Under the pieces are notes generated by a model. It was not told where the DNA came from, made no database searches, and worked only from the letters and a program-made list of their open reading frames with translations. 64,000 bases of DNA from Iphione sp. A-MEVVRFRX5 (Eukaryota): the NCBI GenBank assembly GCA_976226885.1, contig OZ320313.1, forward strand, positions 159,960,001-160,024,000, read 5' to 3'. The position numbers were made by a program, and so were the translations under genes. Positions 26,801-38,370 of the stretch are shown here, one piece after another. The first letter of the stretch is position 1. Every line of letters starts with the position of its first letter.

Positions 26801-27041
26801 GACGGACCTTGAAACTATGGCTGCCGATCGCAGTGCCTGGAGAGGTGCTGTCAAGACCAGTGTTGAACTGAGTGAGAGGAAGAGAGAAGACAACTGGAAT
26901 GCAAAGAGAGATCGCAGGCAACAGAGAGTACAATCACGGGTCTCAGAGACAGTTGCAGGCTTTGCCTGCAGTAACTGCAACAAACTTTGCCGCTCAAAAA
27001 TAGGCCTGTACAGCCACAGCAGGCGCTGTCATACAGACTAG
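23874..27041 (+). CDS. Intact RTE-clade non-LTR retrotransposon ORF (APE endonuclease, reverse transcriptase, C-terminal Cys/His zinc finger), 1055 aa
   Basis: Uninterrupted ORF. APE motifs: SWNVRT, IAALQETR, LGDFNARIG, HQLDLVI, TDHSLV. RT motifs: GKAPGSDG, NYRGISLL, QCGFRAGRST, FIDLTKAFD, GVKQGCVLAP, LFADD, FTYLGS. C-terminus FACSNCNKLCRSKIGLYSHSRRC is typical of RTE elements. Confidence 0.96.
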   Translation: MLTISWNVRTMCPGLSDDLQQIDDMRKTAIINHELKRLNIDIAALQETRLPAKGSIREQDYTFYWQGKDPEEACIHGVGFAVRNTLLSAVEPPSGGSARIISLHLSSSPGPVNILSVYAPTLCSSTEAKDEFYEELEATIKEIPTTECLYLLGDFNARIGTDHVSWPRCIGHFGTGKQNENGQRLLELCSYHDLCITNTFFQTKPIHRVSWHHPRSHHWHQLDLVITRRSSLSSVHITRSYHSSDCDTDHSLVGARVRLQPKRIHTSKPKGQPRINTAMISAPDLQANFAKSIQEALKDCPTSNAEDRWGHIREAIYNSAINTFGKQERRNPDWFETGIAKLEPAIAAKRTALLGYKREPSKKTLTTLRMARNNTQRIARKCANDYWLNLCQNIQLSADCGNVHAMYEGMKKAFGPSVTKIAPLKSASGEIITDRSRQMERWAEHYQQLYSRENVVTDSAVEHIQPLPNMEELDNPPSMQELRKAIDTLACGKAPGSDGIPPEIIIAGKKTELLHHLHELLLQCWEEGTVPQDMRDANITTLYKNKGDRSDCNNYRGISLLSIVGKVFARVVLNRLHSLAERIYPEAQCGFRAGRSTVDMIFSLRQLQEKCREQKQPLYIAFIDLTKAFDLVSRSGLFTLLHRIGCPSKLLKMIISFHEDMRGTVRYNGSSSEPFPIRSGVKQGCVLAPTLFGIFFSLLLQYAFDQSEDRIYIHTRSNGSLFNLARLRAKTKVRRVLLREMLFADDAALTAYTEDALQRLVTCLAHASDEFGLTISIKKTNILGQDVSSTPCISIGAHTLEVVEDFTYLGSTISSNLSLDPELNIRIGKAATAMARLTKRVWNNSMLTMNTKMKVYQACVLSTLLYGSETWSLYSRQEHRLNAFHLRCLRRILGITWQDHIPNKDVLTKAKIPSMHALLLQRRLRWLGHVIRMQDGRIPKDILYSELAHGSRPTGRPALQFKDVSKRDLKAGNIHPTDLETMAADRSAWRGAVKTSVELSERKREDNWNAKRDRRQQRVQSRVSETVAGFACSNCNKLCRSKIGLYSHSRRCHTD

Positions 27042-27094
27042 CCAAGGTGCAAATCCCCCCCATTGTCTTTCGAGACAGACCGATGCCAACAACA
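23890..27094 (+). mobile_element. Young RTE LINE insertion with short 3' UTR and (CAA)n tail, probably 5'-truncated
   Basis: The 3' end reads ...GAGACAGACCGATGCCAACAACAA (tail 27087-27095). Candidate 7-bp target-site duplication ATATCCT at 23883-23889 and 27095-27101. The boundaries are inferred from this TSD. Confidence 0.75.
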
Positions 27095-27107
27095 ATATCC
27101 TAGCAAG

Positions 27108-27212
27108 GTCCAGAAGAAGCGTGACTCTCTCTGCTCTCGGCTTTGCAGCTAAAACGCCTCCATTGGCTTGCCCCTGAAAGGCGCACAAGGTGTCCCTGCG
27201 AAACGGACTATT
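27108..27212 (-). mobile_element. YR C-terminal relic abutting the RTE 3' junction
   Basis: NSPFRRDTLCAFQGQANGGVLAAK..ERVTLLLDL versus consensus HSFRRGGAT.AFQ.GVPGELI..S.AV.LYL. Confidence 0.5.
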
Positions 27213-27891
27213 CTCTCTTGTTATCATGTTTGTGTGTTTGGGAAGGTTGTGTTCGCTGGAAGAACTCTTATTGTAACATGCTAGAAGAGGTGAATAAACC
27301 ATTGGTATATACATATTCTTATTTTTAAGATGTTGGAATGACGACAAAATAATCGATTGGCGTTTTTGAGAAATTTCAGTTTCCCAAATCCACCGTACCA
27401 AAATAAAGAGTAAGAATTGGATTAGCATTCGTGTTCACATGTAGTGCATATATGTTCACGTATTCTTATTATATTGCTATAAGTTGACATCGCATACTTG
27501 ATATTTATGGAGTCTATCGATTTGGTTTCGATCAAATATCGCACTCTCTGCATGCATGTGTGAGATGGGGATGGTGGGTGGATGGTGGGTTACATGGTTG
27601 TGGATGTAGGTGTGTTTTGTTGCTATGCTCTCCTTGATTGCTCGGAAGCCAGGGTGTACAAGTCGGGAAAAGGGTAAAGATTCCCGAGTTAATCGTTGAG
27701 ACTTGAAGTTCACACTGTGGCATCTGACACAAGACAGTATAACTGAATGGTGATCAGCTATGCGTGTGGCTACTGGTCGTATTTAGTTAACCGCGACCGC
27801 TGTGTTTGTTGTCGGTTGACATTAAAACCGCCAGCATGAAGCAACAAGCCGGTGACAGATGGAGCCTTGTGTTATTGTTACTCGGTGGTGG

Positions 27892-28044
27892 GGGATCCAA
27901 AGATCCCCTGAAATAGAGCGGCCATATTTACTACGGCTTCAGGAAGCTAGATTCGGGGTTCTGGTCAGGCTTGGGTTTGATGATTGGTGCTGGAGTCCCG
28001 ACAGCGACCAAGCGAGATGGGCAGACGTTGTTTGTAGACGGATG
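27892..28044 (+). mobile_element. YR C-terminal relic
   Basis: ...ARFGVLVRLGFDD..DQARWADVVCRRM versus consensus AARLGLDD..I..GRW.S..FR.Y. Confidence 0.45.
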
Positions 28045-28554
28045 CATCACGGGCGAGACGAACCTGGGCGGGAAACATGGCGCCCTATGTTGACAGATCA
28101 CACATCCCGCCTTCAGCATTGGGCGTAAATTGCCAGGTGGAAGGTGGGTGCACAGCGTGCCGCAACCCAAAGCAGTTTCCCCCTCTTTTTCAGTTGGTTC
28201 CGTTGTAATGTGCTTCGTCATTTCGTTTGCGGCAATATTTGCGGTCACACAGCATGGCAACCACATGTCATGTTTGGTGACCACACACCAACCTGCTCCA
28301 AGGTTGCTCCTGCTATGCACACGAACGGACACAATTACAGGACCTGCCAAGGCAGTTCACAGCTTGCCCCAGTGCATCACATGGGCCAACCATCTGCAAA
28401 TGATTCCAGTGTACTGTACTCTTTTGAGTGACCAGTCAGTGCATTTCGAACTAGACGCATGCACCTATCCTCGAGTGAGGATCCCCTCTACATGTGTATA
28501 TGTCTTTCTTGAAAGAGTGCGACCAAGTGCTAATGAACAGGGGTGAATGTGTAT

Positions 28555-28562
28555 GAGAGAGA

Positions 28563-28628
<66 letters not shown>

Positions 28629-28630
28629 AG
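28555..28630. repeat. (GA)n microsatellite
   Basis: Seen directly; explains the SLSLSL ORFs in the track. Confidence 0.99.
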
Positions 28631-28884
28631 TGAGTGAGTCTCCACCGATATAATAGAACCATCAAAAACAGACCGAGCGATGGTTAGTCCATAGAGAAGT
28701 GGTTGATGTGGAAAGGATGCTTTATAGTGTGAAGCTTCACACGCTTGTTGAGTTTCAGAATCACTCGGGTGTGACTCAATAAAAACTAAAACGTACCCAT
28801 CTCCGGCGCCGTTCCGACTATCCACTATCTAGGCTGCCATTGTCTGACAGTAAATTGCGAGCGGCGCTTATTTACACAGCATGA

Positions 28885-29016
28885 GTAATTCATAAGGCCA
28901 ATTTCACAGGACCGCATCCTTCCTTCGACAGGCTGTTTCCGACCGCAAAGAAGATGTGTAACACCTTCTTTATCGCTGTGATGTCTCCTTAATTCATTAC
29001 GTTGTAGAGGTCGATT
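28885..29016 (-). mobile_element. YR C-terminal relic
   Basis: NRPLQRNELRRHHSDKEGVTHLLCG..VEGRMRSC..LMNY. Confidence 0.4.
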
Positions 29017-29655
29017 GGAACTCAAGAGTGAATGGAAGTCAATTGTCATTTTCTCTGTCGCTTTTGGAAGTATTTCGTTTCTTTGCACAGAATGACCCTT
29101 TATTAATCATCAGTGAGGCATCGATTTTCTCTACTTCAAATGAAATTAATTTTAAAAGCGGTGGTCGCTGAGCTATGAAGCTCAATGTAGTGTAGGCGAG
29201 CTAAATACACTAAACAAACGAAGTTCCATTCAATTTTATTTGCAATGATAAATATTTTGAAAATTAATATTAATCAATTTCAGGGACTCGTACAGTTACT
29301 GCAACATATCGATTTCTTCCGATAACCCCTAAAATCCGTTACCCTATCCTTTCTCCATAGAGACCTTTAGTGAGGTGCATTTCGGGGCATATACCTTGAT
29401 GGTACACAGATTCCATGCCCATCGAATATAGCGCTATACAAGCCGAGAACCTGGCTCTTTTAAAAGGCTCTCGGCCACCTATATAGAGAAAAAACGACAG
29501 ACCACAGGAAACACGTGGCAAGGCTTCTACATAGGGAAGCTCATAGGAGTTGCTCACTTTTATAAAAGACAAGCAGGTATGTGTCAGAGGCCACTAGATT
29601 ACTGTATCTATCAACCGGATGGTAATTGTAGTATCCTGTTTGCCAGGAACAAAGC

Positions 29656-29853
29656 CTTCGCGATTGCAAAAAAGACGTTTACAAGCCCCTCCCCACTGAT
29701 TAAATCTTCAAAGCGACAGGCCTGACGCACCAGCGTTTTAGATGTAGATTTATGATTTCGGCCTCTTTGTATCTCCTGGCTCTTCATTTGGGAATAAGGA
29801 AGTGGAATAGAAAACCACTTCGCAGCCTGGATATAATACTCACAGCGGGCAAG
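29656..29853 (-). mobile_element. YR C-terminal relic with DIRS1-type wording
   Basis: LARCEYYIQAA..NHKSTSKTLVRQACRFEDLISGEGLVNVFFA versus DIRS1-type LARWI..AHSTRSASTSKA..GVSLEDI..AGWSN..TFA. Confidence 0.4.
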
Positions 29854-31165
29854 CACACCCAACGACCTTTGTCACGAAGAGACCGAGGCTAACGCGACAT
29901 GACAAACTGGCTCACGTTTCATTGAAGAGGGTTGAATATATGTCTTATTACAACACTCATCGTTTCACAGTTGGCGATGTAAACGGGCACATGTAAACCT
30001 CACCGAGATATTACTTTCGCTTGTCATTTTAGTATTAGGAAACTGAATATGTATATTTGTTGTGTGGGTCTGCGTGCATGTGTGTGGAAAACCCAACGTA
30101 TGCGGAAACACCTGATATATGTTTGTCATAAACTAGTTTTTAAAAAATTGGGAATTCCTATATTTGCGTCCGCATTTCATATTACTGAACACGACTAGCG
30201 AGTTCTGACTTCATCTGCAAAGTATGTATGAATGCTAAGAGCAAATGTTTCGTGAAGCAAACGTAAAAGCCTAATGCCCTGACGTGCCCAAGAACAAAAG
30301 AACTTCAGTAACCCCCCTGCCACAGACTGATGTTCGCTGATGGAGGACGAACGGTGGCTCGAGAGATGGCACTTTATTTTTAGTCCCGTCTCATATATCA
30401 GAGAGTTTTGAACAAGGAATCTGTCATTGTGGGCTGAAATATATGTCTCCTACACAGAAGATGTACTGTCTGAGCCACTAAAGCTTATTCTAATGTACTG
30501 AGGTGGTCCCCATTGAATCACAAACCAAAGAGAATTTCTATACATTTCTAGATCTTCTCAAATATCCAAAGAAGCCACGAACACAAACCATTCCTGTTAA
30601 CTTATAAGAATGCAGGAAGAACAGATTGAACAAAACTGATTAATTTATTGGAGACTGAATACTGCTGAATGACCTACAAAGCAGCAATTTACATATCAAA
30701 ATTGCGAAGTTATCATCACATCGATTGATGGTACTACCTTATTTCATCCTCATAAAAATAATATTTAAGTGATTGATTGTTATTTGGAAATCGATCATGC
30801 ACATATAGGGATCGACAGTGTCGAGTTTATAGATTTGAATGAATATTCATGAACCTACAATGCATCTTCAATTATCACGTCTGACACCAATTGATTGATT
30901 ATGACGTATTTACTCATTCAATTTGATGATTTCAATTTTTGTATGAACGTTCCATCTTCAAATTATACTAATATCTGTCCCACAATCTCATTGCATTTAC
31001 AATGCGCGCACATTCATCATTGTCTAAATAGCGTCTCTGCCATTCCTAAGTGGGGGTCTAGATATTGAAGAAGTTGCTGTTCATAGCTATTAGTTGAAGG
31101 TAGCCTGCTGTTAAAGGGCCACGTGCTCTCCCCTGAATCGCACAGCCTCTGCTGTCAAAGATAGG

Positions 31166-31252
31166 GGGCATTAACACCTCAGAGAGGGCGCAGTCTCTGA
31201 AGGCCCCATCACCTCAGAAATCCCTGAGAATCACTAATCCATCAAGATATGA
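31166..31252 (+). mobile_element. YR C-terminal relic followed by a C-rich tract
   Basis: GH*HLREGAVSEGPITSEIPENH*SIKI* versus consensus GHSFRIGAATEAA.AGIPEHLIKI. Confidence 0.55.
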
Positions 31253-32602
31253 TCGCTACCTGTTCGGCTGGACTCCGCGCCTCCAGCCGACCAACCCCAC
31301 CCCCCTCTTCTCCCCTACGCCCGCCCCCTTACCTGCTCCACTTTCTTCCTTAACCAAGCCTCCCTTTACGAAGCCCCCCATCCCCACCACCAGAATGCTG
31401 ATCTCTTCAAGCAGCTTCACGATGGCCTTGTGCATCATATAGATGCATAGCTACACACGTTTATACACAGACTGCTTCACAGGCTCGTACTGTAGGAGCA
31501 CTTCGGGGACGGCCGTCCTCCTAGCCCCGGTGGCGGGAGATCTTAATTTGTAATTCCACATTCCTGGGCCGTTTGAAAACGCGGCCGCGTTTATCATTAC
31601 CCTTGGGTGCCTGCTAATCTCCCGCCATCCGAGATTAAGAAGTACCTAGAGGGGACGAACGGCAGTGGGCCTCCACGATGGATCATACCCTGGGGAGAGA
31701 ATAAGAGAAGCGCTGCTGCTTCGCCAACCGCCTGCAAACAAAGGTAACACAGCTTAGGCTTACTCGCTCCTCATGCTTTGAGAATCGAGCAGAATGCGAA
31801 AAGAGAAGGGTAAGAGTGAAAAAAGCATTAGGAAAATGGGGAAAAAAGGAGAAAAACCGTTCGGGAAAAAAAACGAATCGCCCGTAGATTTCGAGACGTT
31901 ACAAAGCTGATTTTAATGTCAAAGACGAAACTGAAAAGACATAGTATAAAGCTATGTTGAGGAAGAGAGCGTATAGAACTATTCAGAAGTGGTATCCATC
32001 GAGAATCATTTATGGTGTGATTGATTCCGATTCCTTTCAAACAGAAGGATATATTTTTGATTTACATCTTAGCTTCCAGTGATACTAGCATCTTTATTGA
32101 TAAGCTCATTTTCAATTCGTGTATCACCATCGATGTAGTGGGTAACAGCTACGTGTACTTTCATTAAATAGAAAGACTGTTACGGCTCCGTGGGAAAGTA
32201 CAAACATCATTATCAGCTGCGCCATAGGTATCCCAGTCGTGGTGAAAGATCGTTAAATGGCATGTTGCGGCTAAAACAAGTAAAGCCTTGACTACTAGTT
32301 GAGACGTTCTGTGAATTCTGTGTTCCCTTTACAAATGTATACATGTACATGTATATTAATTTCTGAATGCTACATATACATAGTCCAATTCGTAATTCGT
32401 TTTCTATATGCAAATGCTCCCTTTCTTTGTACAATATTATCAAAAATAATTCAGTCATGCCACTTAAATTACTGAAGACGTGTTTCGTTCTCTATGTCTT
32501 TCCCTCGTCTATATTAAGCATGTAAACGTTCGTTATAGCAGACAAAGCTAAACAGATTGTGCATAAATGTAATCAGATAATTAAATACTTCTCATATCTT
32601 GT

Positions 32603-32948
32603 TTGTTTGATCTAACTGAACTGGGTATTTGTAGACTAGAACGTGGACGTCCCATTCGAGGCGGTAGTAGGTTCATTGTGGCAGGCAATCGTCCGACGTG
32701 TAACCTCTACATGTCTGGCTTTGTATACAGCGTTTTGAGGTGGAATGATCTTCCTGAATTAAGGAATGGCGGAAGAAGGTTCTTTAAACGCCAAATATTA
32801 TCATTGTGTTTAGTTTAAGTGTTTTTGTCTTTTTTGTCTGTCATTATTTTTTTGTATTTAATTGGTGAGTCTCGTGTGGAAAAAAATCTCTTGTATGGGT
32901 GACTGTGATTTGCCCAATAAACAATTCAAACCTGAATCTGAAATCTGA
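32603..32948 (+). mobile_element. 5'-truncated L2/CR1-like LINE 3' end
   Basis: PTCNLYMSGFVYSVLRWNDLPELRNGGRRFFKRQI resembles the ORF2 C-terminus (...WNSLP...SFKR). It is followed by a T-rich UTR, AATAAA (32916-32921) and a CTGAA/TCTGA-type repeat tail. Confidence 0.6.
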
Positions 32949-34632
32949 GATCCAAGGAGGGTGATTACTTCTCATCCGTAGGTGGGAGTTTATGATGCAC
33001 CGACCTGATTTCTTCCAAACGATATTATTTGGAAGAGGATTTTTAAAAAGAATCGTGTGTGTTGGGCTTTGTGTTTACATCTCTCGAAACAAATTTGAGG
33101 CTCTCATGGCAAAGCATAAAAATAGATTTAGCATAGAATTTCCACGGTCGTCCTTTCTTTAGAAGCGTGTTACATCGGGAGAAAAGTATCAGCATCTCTG
33201 CCATCACTGCTCATAATGACGTGCCTTAACATCCGCAGCAGTCTTCACAATCTGTCTCTCGTCAAGCTGTCTGGAAACCTCAAACCGAAAGGAGATGAAG
33301 AAGAAGAACCAGTAAAAATAAACACAGATGGTGGAGATCCAGGTCACTCCATCAACACATTAGTGCCTCACTTCTGCAGTAGTCGACCAGCAGAGACCTG
33401 CACCCGAGACCCCAACCTCACACTCCTATACTGCTGGCTGAAGACAGAGCGCACGGGTGATTACCAGTAGTGTAAAGGGACTTGGGTGATGCATCAGTAC
33501 CAGGTGTTGGCCAAGTAAGGAGATGTCATCTGTCAGAGCAGTACCGCCCATCCGTCAGTGGTTGCGTCTCGACATCCTTTTGTCTGGAGGTATGTGTACG
33601 TGTTTGTATGTGTGTTATATTTCGTACGGGAAAAAAACACGTATTTCAATAACTGTGTATAGCAATGTACACATTTTCGAAGAGATATAAAAGATCTCTA
33701 CTTTAATCTAATGTTTGATTCAGGGGATATCCCCACTATGTTTGATAGTTCTATGTGTATAATAGATTTCGTACAGATGAACGCATTCGGTAAAGCGTTT
33801 GATCTTTATCATGTGGCACATCGTATCTAAAACCTTCGGATTCTTTTCCATTAAGCTAATGGAAAAATTATTTTTTCGATGTTGTTCCATATAAATACTG
33901 TGTGCCATGTTTTGTGTTGTACTTAACTGTGGGTCGTAATACTAGTTTCTCAGACGAGTATTTTACTGTCTGTTTATGATAACGGCGAGACCGCGCTATA
34001 ACTTATATTCCAGGCACTATGTATTCGTGCAGCGTACAATAAAATCACTCACTTGGTGCATTTCTATTGGTGGCCGTCATGAAATGTTATTCATATTAAT
34101 CCCACGGGTTCTAAAGCTGCCTGCGAACACTGCATGAATTAGTTGACATCGCTCGGACCAGTGGTGGTATTTCATACATGACCAGGTACTAGGGGCCCTT
34201 ACACGCTGTATGGAAGCCACTTGTCAGAAGAGACTTGATCTATGGCTTCCTGTGTGGCTTCACGTTTAGGGTTGAATCAGCCACACATTCGGTACCTTTT
34301 TATTATTATTGGTGAGTGTTGGGTCTCGGTGAACCAGTAGTGGTGGACACAGTCTCTTTTTTGCGCTATGTTTTTTTTGCTCAGGCTAACGTCGAACAGG
34401 GGAAGGCAAAGCCATGTCCATGCTTCGGTGTAGCCGGGTCCGAACCACTGACGGTATCGCGACCAGACACGACAGACGGTAAAGAAAGATGAGGTACTTG
34501 GAGAGCTGTGAACATCGTAGCAAAACCAAACTGAAGCAGCTTGACTGTATCCAGGCGTCTGACACGGCGCAGTATTAGCTCCGTCAATTATTCATCCGAG
34601 GGGGAGGGGCCACGCTTTCGGTTCATTGGAAG

Positions 34633-34731
34633 CGCAGACCATTGTTACGGCCTTTTTGAGAAGGTGGGCCGGGCAACAATTTTCAAGGGGTGACTCCGCA
34701 TAAAAGACCGGCGGAAGCTACAGGGTGTTGA
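34633..34731 (-). mobile_element. YR C-terminal relic (frameshifted)
   Basis: STPCSFRRSF / CGVTP*KL / QWSA versus consensus TPHSFRRGGASF..CGVP..LI..W.S.A. Confidence 0.5.
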
Positions 34732-35437
34732 GAGGGTCGCCTTCTTTCTACTTGTTGGACATAGATAATCTCCCGAACAACCTTGTTCCTACATTTTGCA
34801 TGCACCCAGCCACGGACCCATGCAATCTTCATTCGACCTAGTGCCATGATTTATTATTTTATCGTTTACTAGAAGGCGAAGCGTTAGTAGCGATCGCCGC
34901 TCATCTGTCCCTTTCTAACAGCTACAAGTAAGGCTGTTCAGCTGTAGATGGCTAAATATCGTCATATCCTGGTACAACATCATTCATGAAGGAAAGCATC
35001 GAGCGTCGGGGTGGGGGGGGATGTGGCACGTACAGTCATTATTGTTCGAGAAGTGCTGGAGACGGTGTTTCTTTTCTTGGTTTTATATATATAGCCTACT
35101 AATGACATAGATCTGTATCCCTAAAAGAGAGCAGCTGGTGTTTTCTAAATCAGCAATAAAATATGGCTGCGGTAAGAGCGGCATATTCTGCTTTGATTAA
35201 GTCATTCATATAGAATATTCATGAGGACATATTTTTCAGCCGAGTACTATTATGTTTTGCCCGGTAAAGCCATATCATCCTCCTACGTACTGATGATATA
35301 GATACATTTTGCACACTTACATACATGGATAAGATAGAGAGGGATTGTGGTTCTATTTTGTAATTGGAATTTTATACTGGATGTTACCAATGTCCGGAAG
35401 CCCTTTTGAGGACATTTCCAGTGCTAGTGGAGTTTTA

Positions 35438-36000
35438 CTGTATGTCAAGCTGGAAATCTTGACCTTTGCTTCGATCGCCGGGCCCCAAATATAAGCGAGC
35501 GCAGGCCACCTGAGGCACCGAGGATTGCGATCTAAATATTGACTGATATAGAGTGAATCGTGTACGAGAGAATTGCTCCCTCAAGGGTGGTTTGTTCTTA
35601 GAGGCGATCGCACTGCCCGTGACCATGGAGAAACCCTATTGTTAGGGACCCTCTGGGATAGATCGATACCGCCCCATCATAACCACCCGCCATCCATCTC
35701 ATGTCATCCGTCAGAGCCACTCCACCCCCCCCCCAATGTATCCCTTCATCCGCTGGCTACGCAATCTATAACGTTAAATGTTAGTGGGCCTTACACAAAG
35801 CCAGTCTGATAGGGGCCTTATAAATGACAAAAAAAACCTTCAAACACCTTTACGACGGGTGCGTTCCTCTTCATGATCCTACCACATTATCAGTGATTCT
35901 GAAGAGCCACTCATATGTGAAAATGGCCGAGGTTCGGTAGCCTGGGTAGGCGGCATCAGTGCGGGATATTATCTGGCATTGTCTACACTGTGAGAGAATG
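35438..36000 (-). mobile_element. Ngaro-type relic: RNase H fragment followed by YR C-terminus
   Basis: SRTDAAYPGYRTSAIFTYEWLF..ITDN (~TDAS..G..W..DN), then NKPPLREQF..SIFRS..DRSKGQDFQLDIQ* (~GRWKSQAFQLYIR). Confidence 0.55.
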
Positions 36001-37978
36001 CCTGGAGGGATGCAACCACGTTGGAGGTGGATACAATAAGTGGGGATCAATGAGCTACAGAGAGCTTGAGACAAGGCGGGAGGCATGTCTGACAGGTGCA
36101 TTACTCAGGGATCACCTTATTACCTGGCCTAGCTGATGTTTGGGAAAACAAATCCCACGTACACCACACAGCACCAATAAATCAATCACCACAAAAATGA
36201 CAAACACGAAGTAGGGTTAGCGCCAGCCTGACGGTGGCTGCTCCTCGGCTAAACATAGACTGAATGCAACCATTCATCGTCTATCAATCCCCAGCCACAG
36301 GTATCTCAGGCAAAGTCCTTAGAATCGTATTTCATATTTTTAAAGTGTTCGGTTTCATCCCTCAATAGCACTGACAACTGCATGTAATGCGAAACCAGAA
36401 AAATATGGTTAAAAAAAGATAACTATGTAAAAGAAATCCTCCCACTAGGCTTTACAGATGAGGGTGATGGGAAACACGTTGTCGCAAATGTACTGTTGGA
36501 ATTTTACATGGGAAAAGAACCGCACTAACCAGACTGTGTGCTGTAGTAAAAATGAAAGTAGGCGTCAGAACATGTAATGGTTCGGTAATGGCACGGCGAC
36601 CCGGTCACCCTTGGAAATAAGCCAATTTTTGAAAAAGGAGGAGAAAAAAAATACCCCCAGCCAATAGTGAAAAGAGAGGGAATCTACCGTACTGCCCCTA
36701 AGCTGTCTCTACAACTGACAGCTGGACCCAGAACCGATCAAGACGAAAGGAAGAAATGACACGGTGTGAGGCAAGTAGATGGGCCGACTGAAACGAAGCC
36801 CTGGGAAGGCTGACAGTCAGGGAAGATAATCCTTCGAATTAATCTGTCATATGACTTGTCAGAGCCGGAAATCCACCGAGGGAAAAGGCTTCGTCCCATA
36901 AACATCAACGACGTCATGACTAGAGACATAGTTACTACAGTGGGTGTGATGGTATTGGAAATCCTTGTGATGCCTTCTACTACATCGACTATGCATCCTT
37001 CAACCACTGTGAAAGGAACCTCTGACGGACCAATTCGCTACATGTATCGCAATGTAAATGATATGAGTCATGCCACTCAGTTTTTCATCATGCCGTTCTG
37101 GGTCATGCTGCGTGATCACTATTACATGTACAGACTATTGGTGGTATATTGGCAAAAACCTTGTGATATTATCCCGGATTGTTTTTATACGACTGGTGAA
37201 AGACACTTAGTCACTGCCGATATTTGTTCCTTTTAAAAGCGGTCTTAATCTAATAAAACTAGTGAAATATGTGTGATCCCCTTCTGAGGCGCCTATTTAA
37301 TATACAAGGGTAGGAACTTTTGCTAGAATATTTTTAAGACTTATCGATAACATCTACAAGTTTGGCAAACAGTACACTCGGTGTTGCTTTGTAATTGAGG
37401 TAAGTGGATTGCTAACATTTTGGTGCACTGCAAAATATGACAGGTTACGCTTTCAGACTGGGACAGCTCAACATATTGCCACTCTTCTTTTCTACTGAGT
37501 GTATCAGTTTGAGGTGCTATAATTGCAATTGTATTCGTGGGCAAGAATTTCCAGAAAACTAAATGCAGTACTTTACCTGTGTGAACTGTATGCAACTGAA
37601 GCCTGTTTTCCTGCTCGCCCTGGTCCCTAAATGAATTACCCGCGTTAAATACAATACAGTAATGTACTTATGACAACTTCTTCCATGTCGGGCAATTATG
37701 GGATAATGTTTCATGTATCGCTGATTTTCCCGAGAGACCAGCCAAGGGCCCACACCGTCATCGTGTATATTTGCATTCATGTGTTCGTGGGTGTCTGTGT
37801 TTCTATGTATGTGCGCCTGTTACCCCTTCAAGCACCCGCTTCCTCCACTATCGCCTGCATTCCCCTCCCGCTCTCTGATGATTTTACCGCTGATTGGCTC
37901 CGACACATTGGCCGGTGATAACCGTGTATTAAACAACAAATTGCCGGGCTTATCTGGCATTGGCCGGACTAATACCAT

Positions 37979-38089
37979 TTGGTAAATATGTACCGCCGCA
38001 GACTTTAATGATTCATCCGCCCTCTCATAGTCTCCAGTGGAAAATAACCGATCACGCCGGCAACACCAGGACGCCTGAGTCAGACGACT
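37979..38089 (-). mobile_element. YR C-terminal relic
   Basis: TQASWCCRR..STGDY..KSAAVHIYQ. Confidence 0.38.
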
Positions 38090-38232
38090 AGCCAAGTAGA
38101 GCCGACTCAGCCAGGGGAGAGGGGGTTTGACGATATTATTGACATCCTCGTATCAGTAGCGCCTGAGAAGCTATAGTTGTGTGACACATAATGAGAAAAG
38201 GATTTCTCACCTTTCATATTGCTGAGTATATC

Positions 38233-38370
38233 TTGGATTTTAGGTTGACTTCAAATCATATCAAATTTCTGAGGAGACGTAACCCTCTGACCCGTCGTTC
38301 AGGTATGCCATTGAATTCTGTGTTGCTGGAGAGACTAGACGCGTGGAAGTCTGTTGCAGGGTTTACTCTC
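38233..38370 (+). mobile_element. YR C-terminal relic
   Basis: LDFRLTSNHIKFLRRR..TRRSGMPLNSVLLERLDAWKSVA versus consensus HSFRRGGAT..SGVP.ELI..GDWKSDA. Confidence 0.55.
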
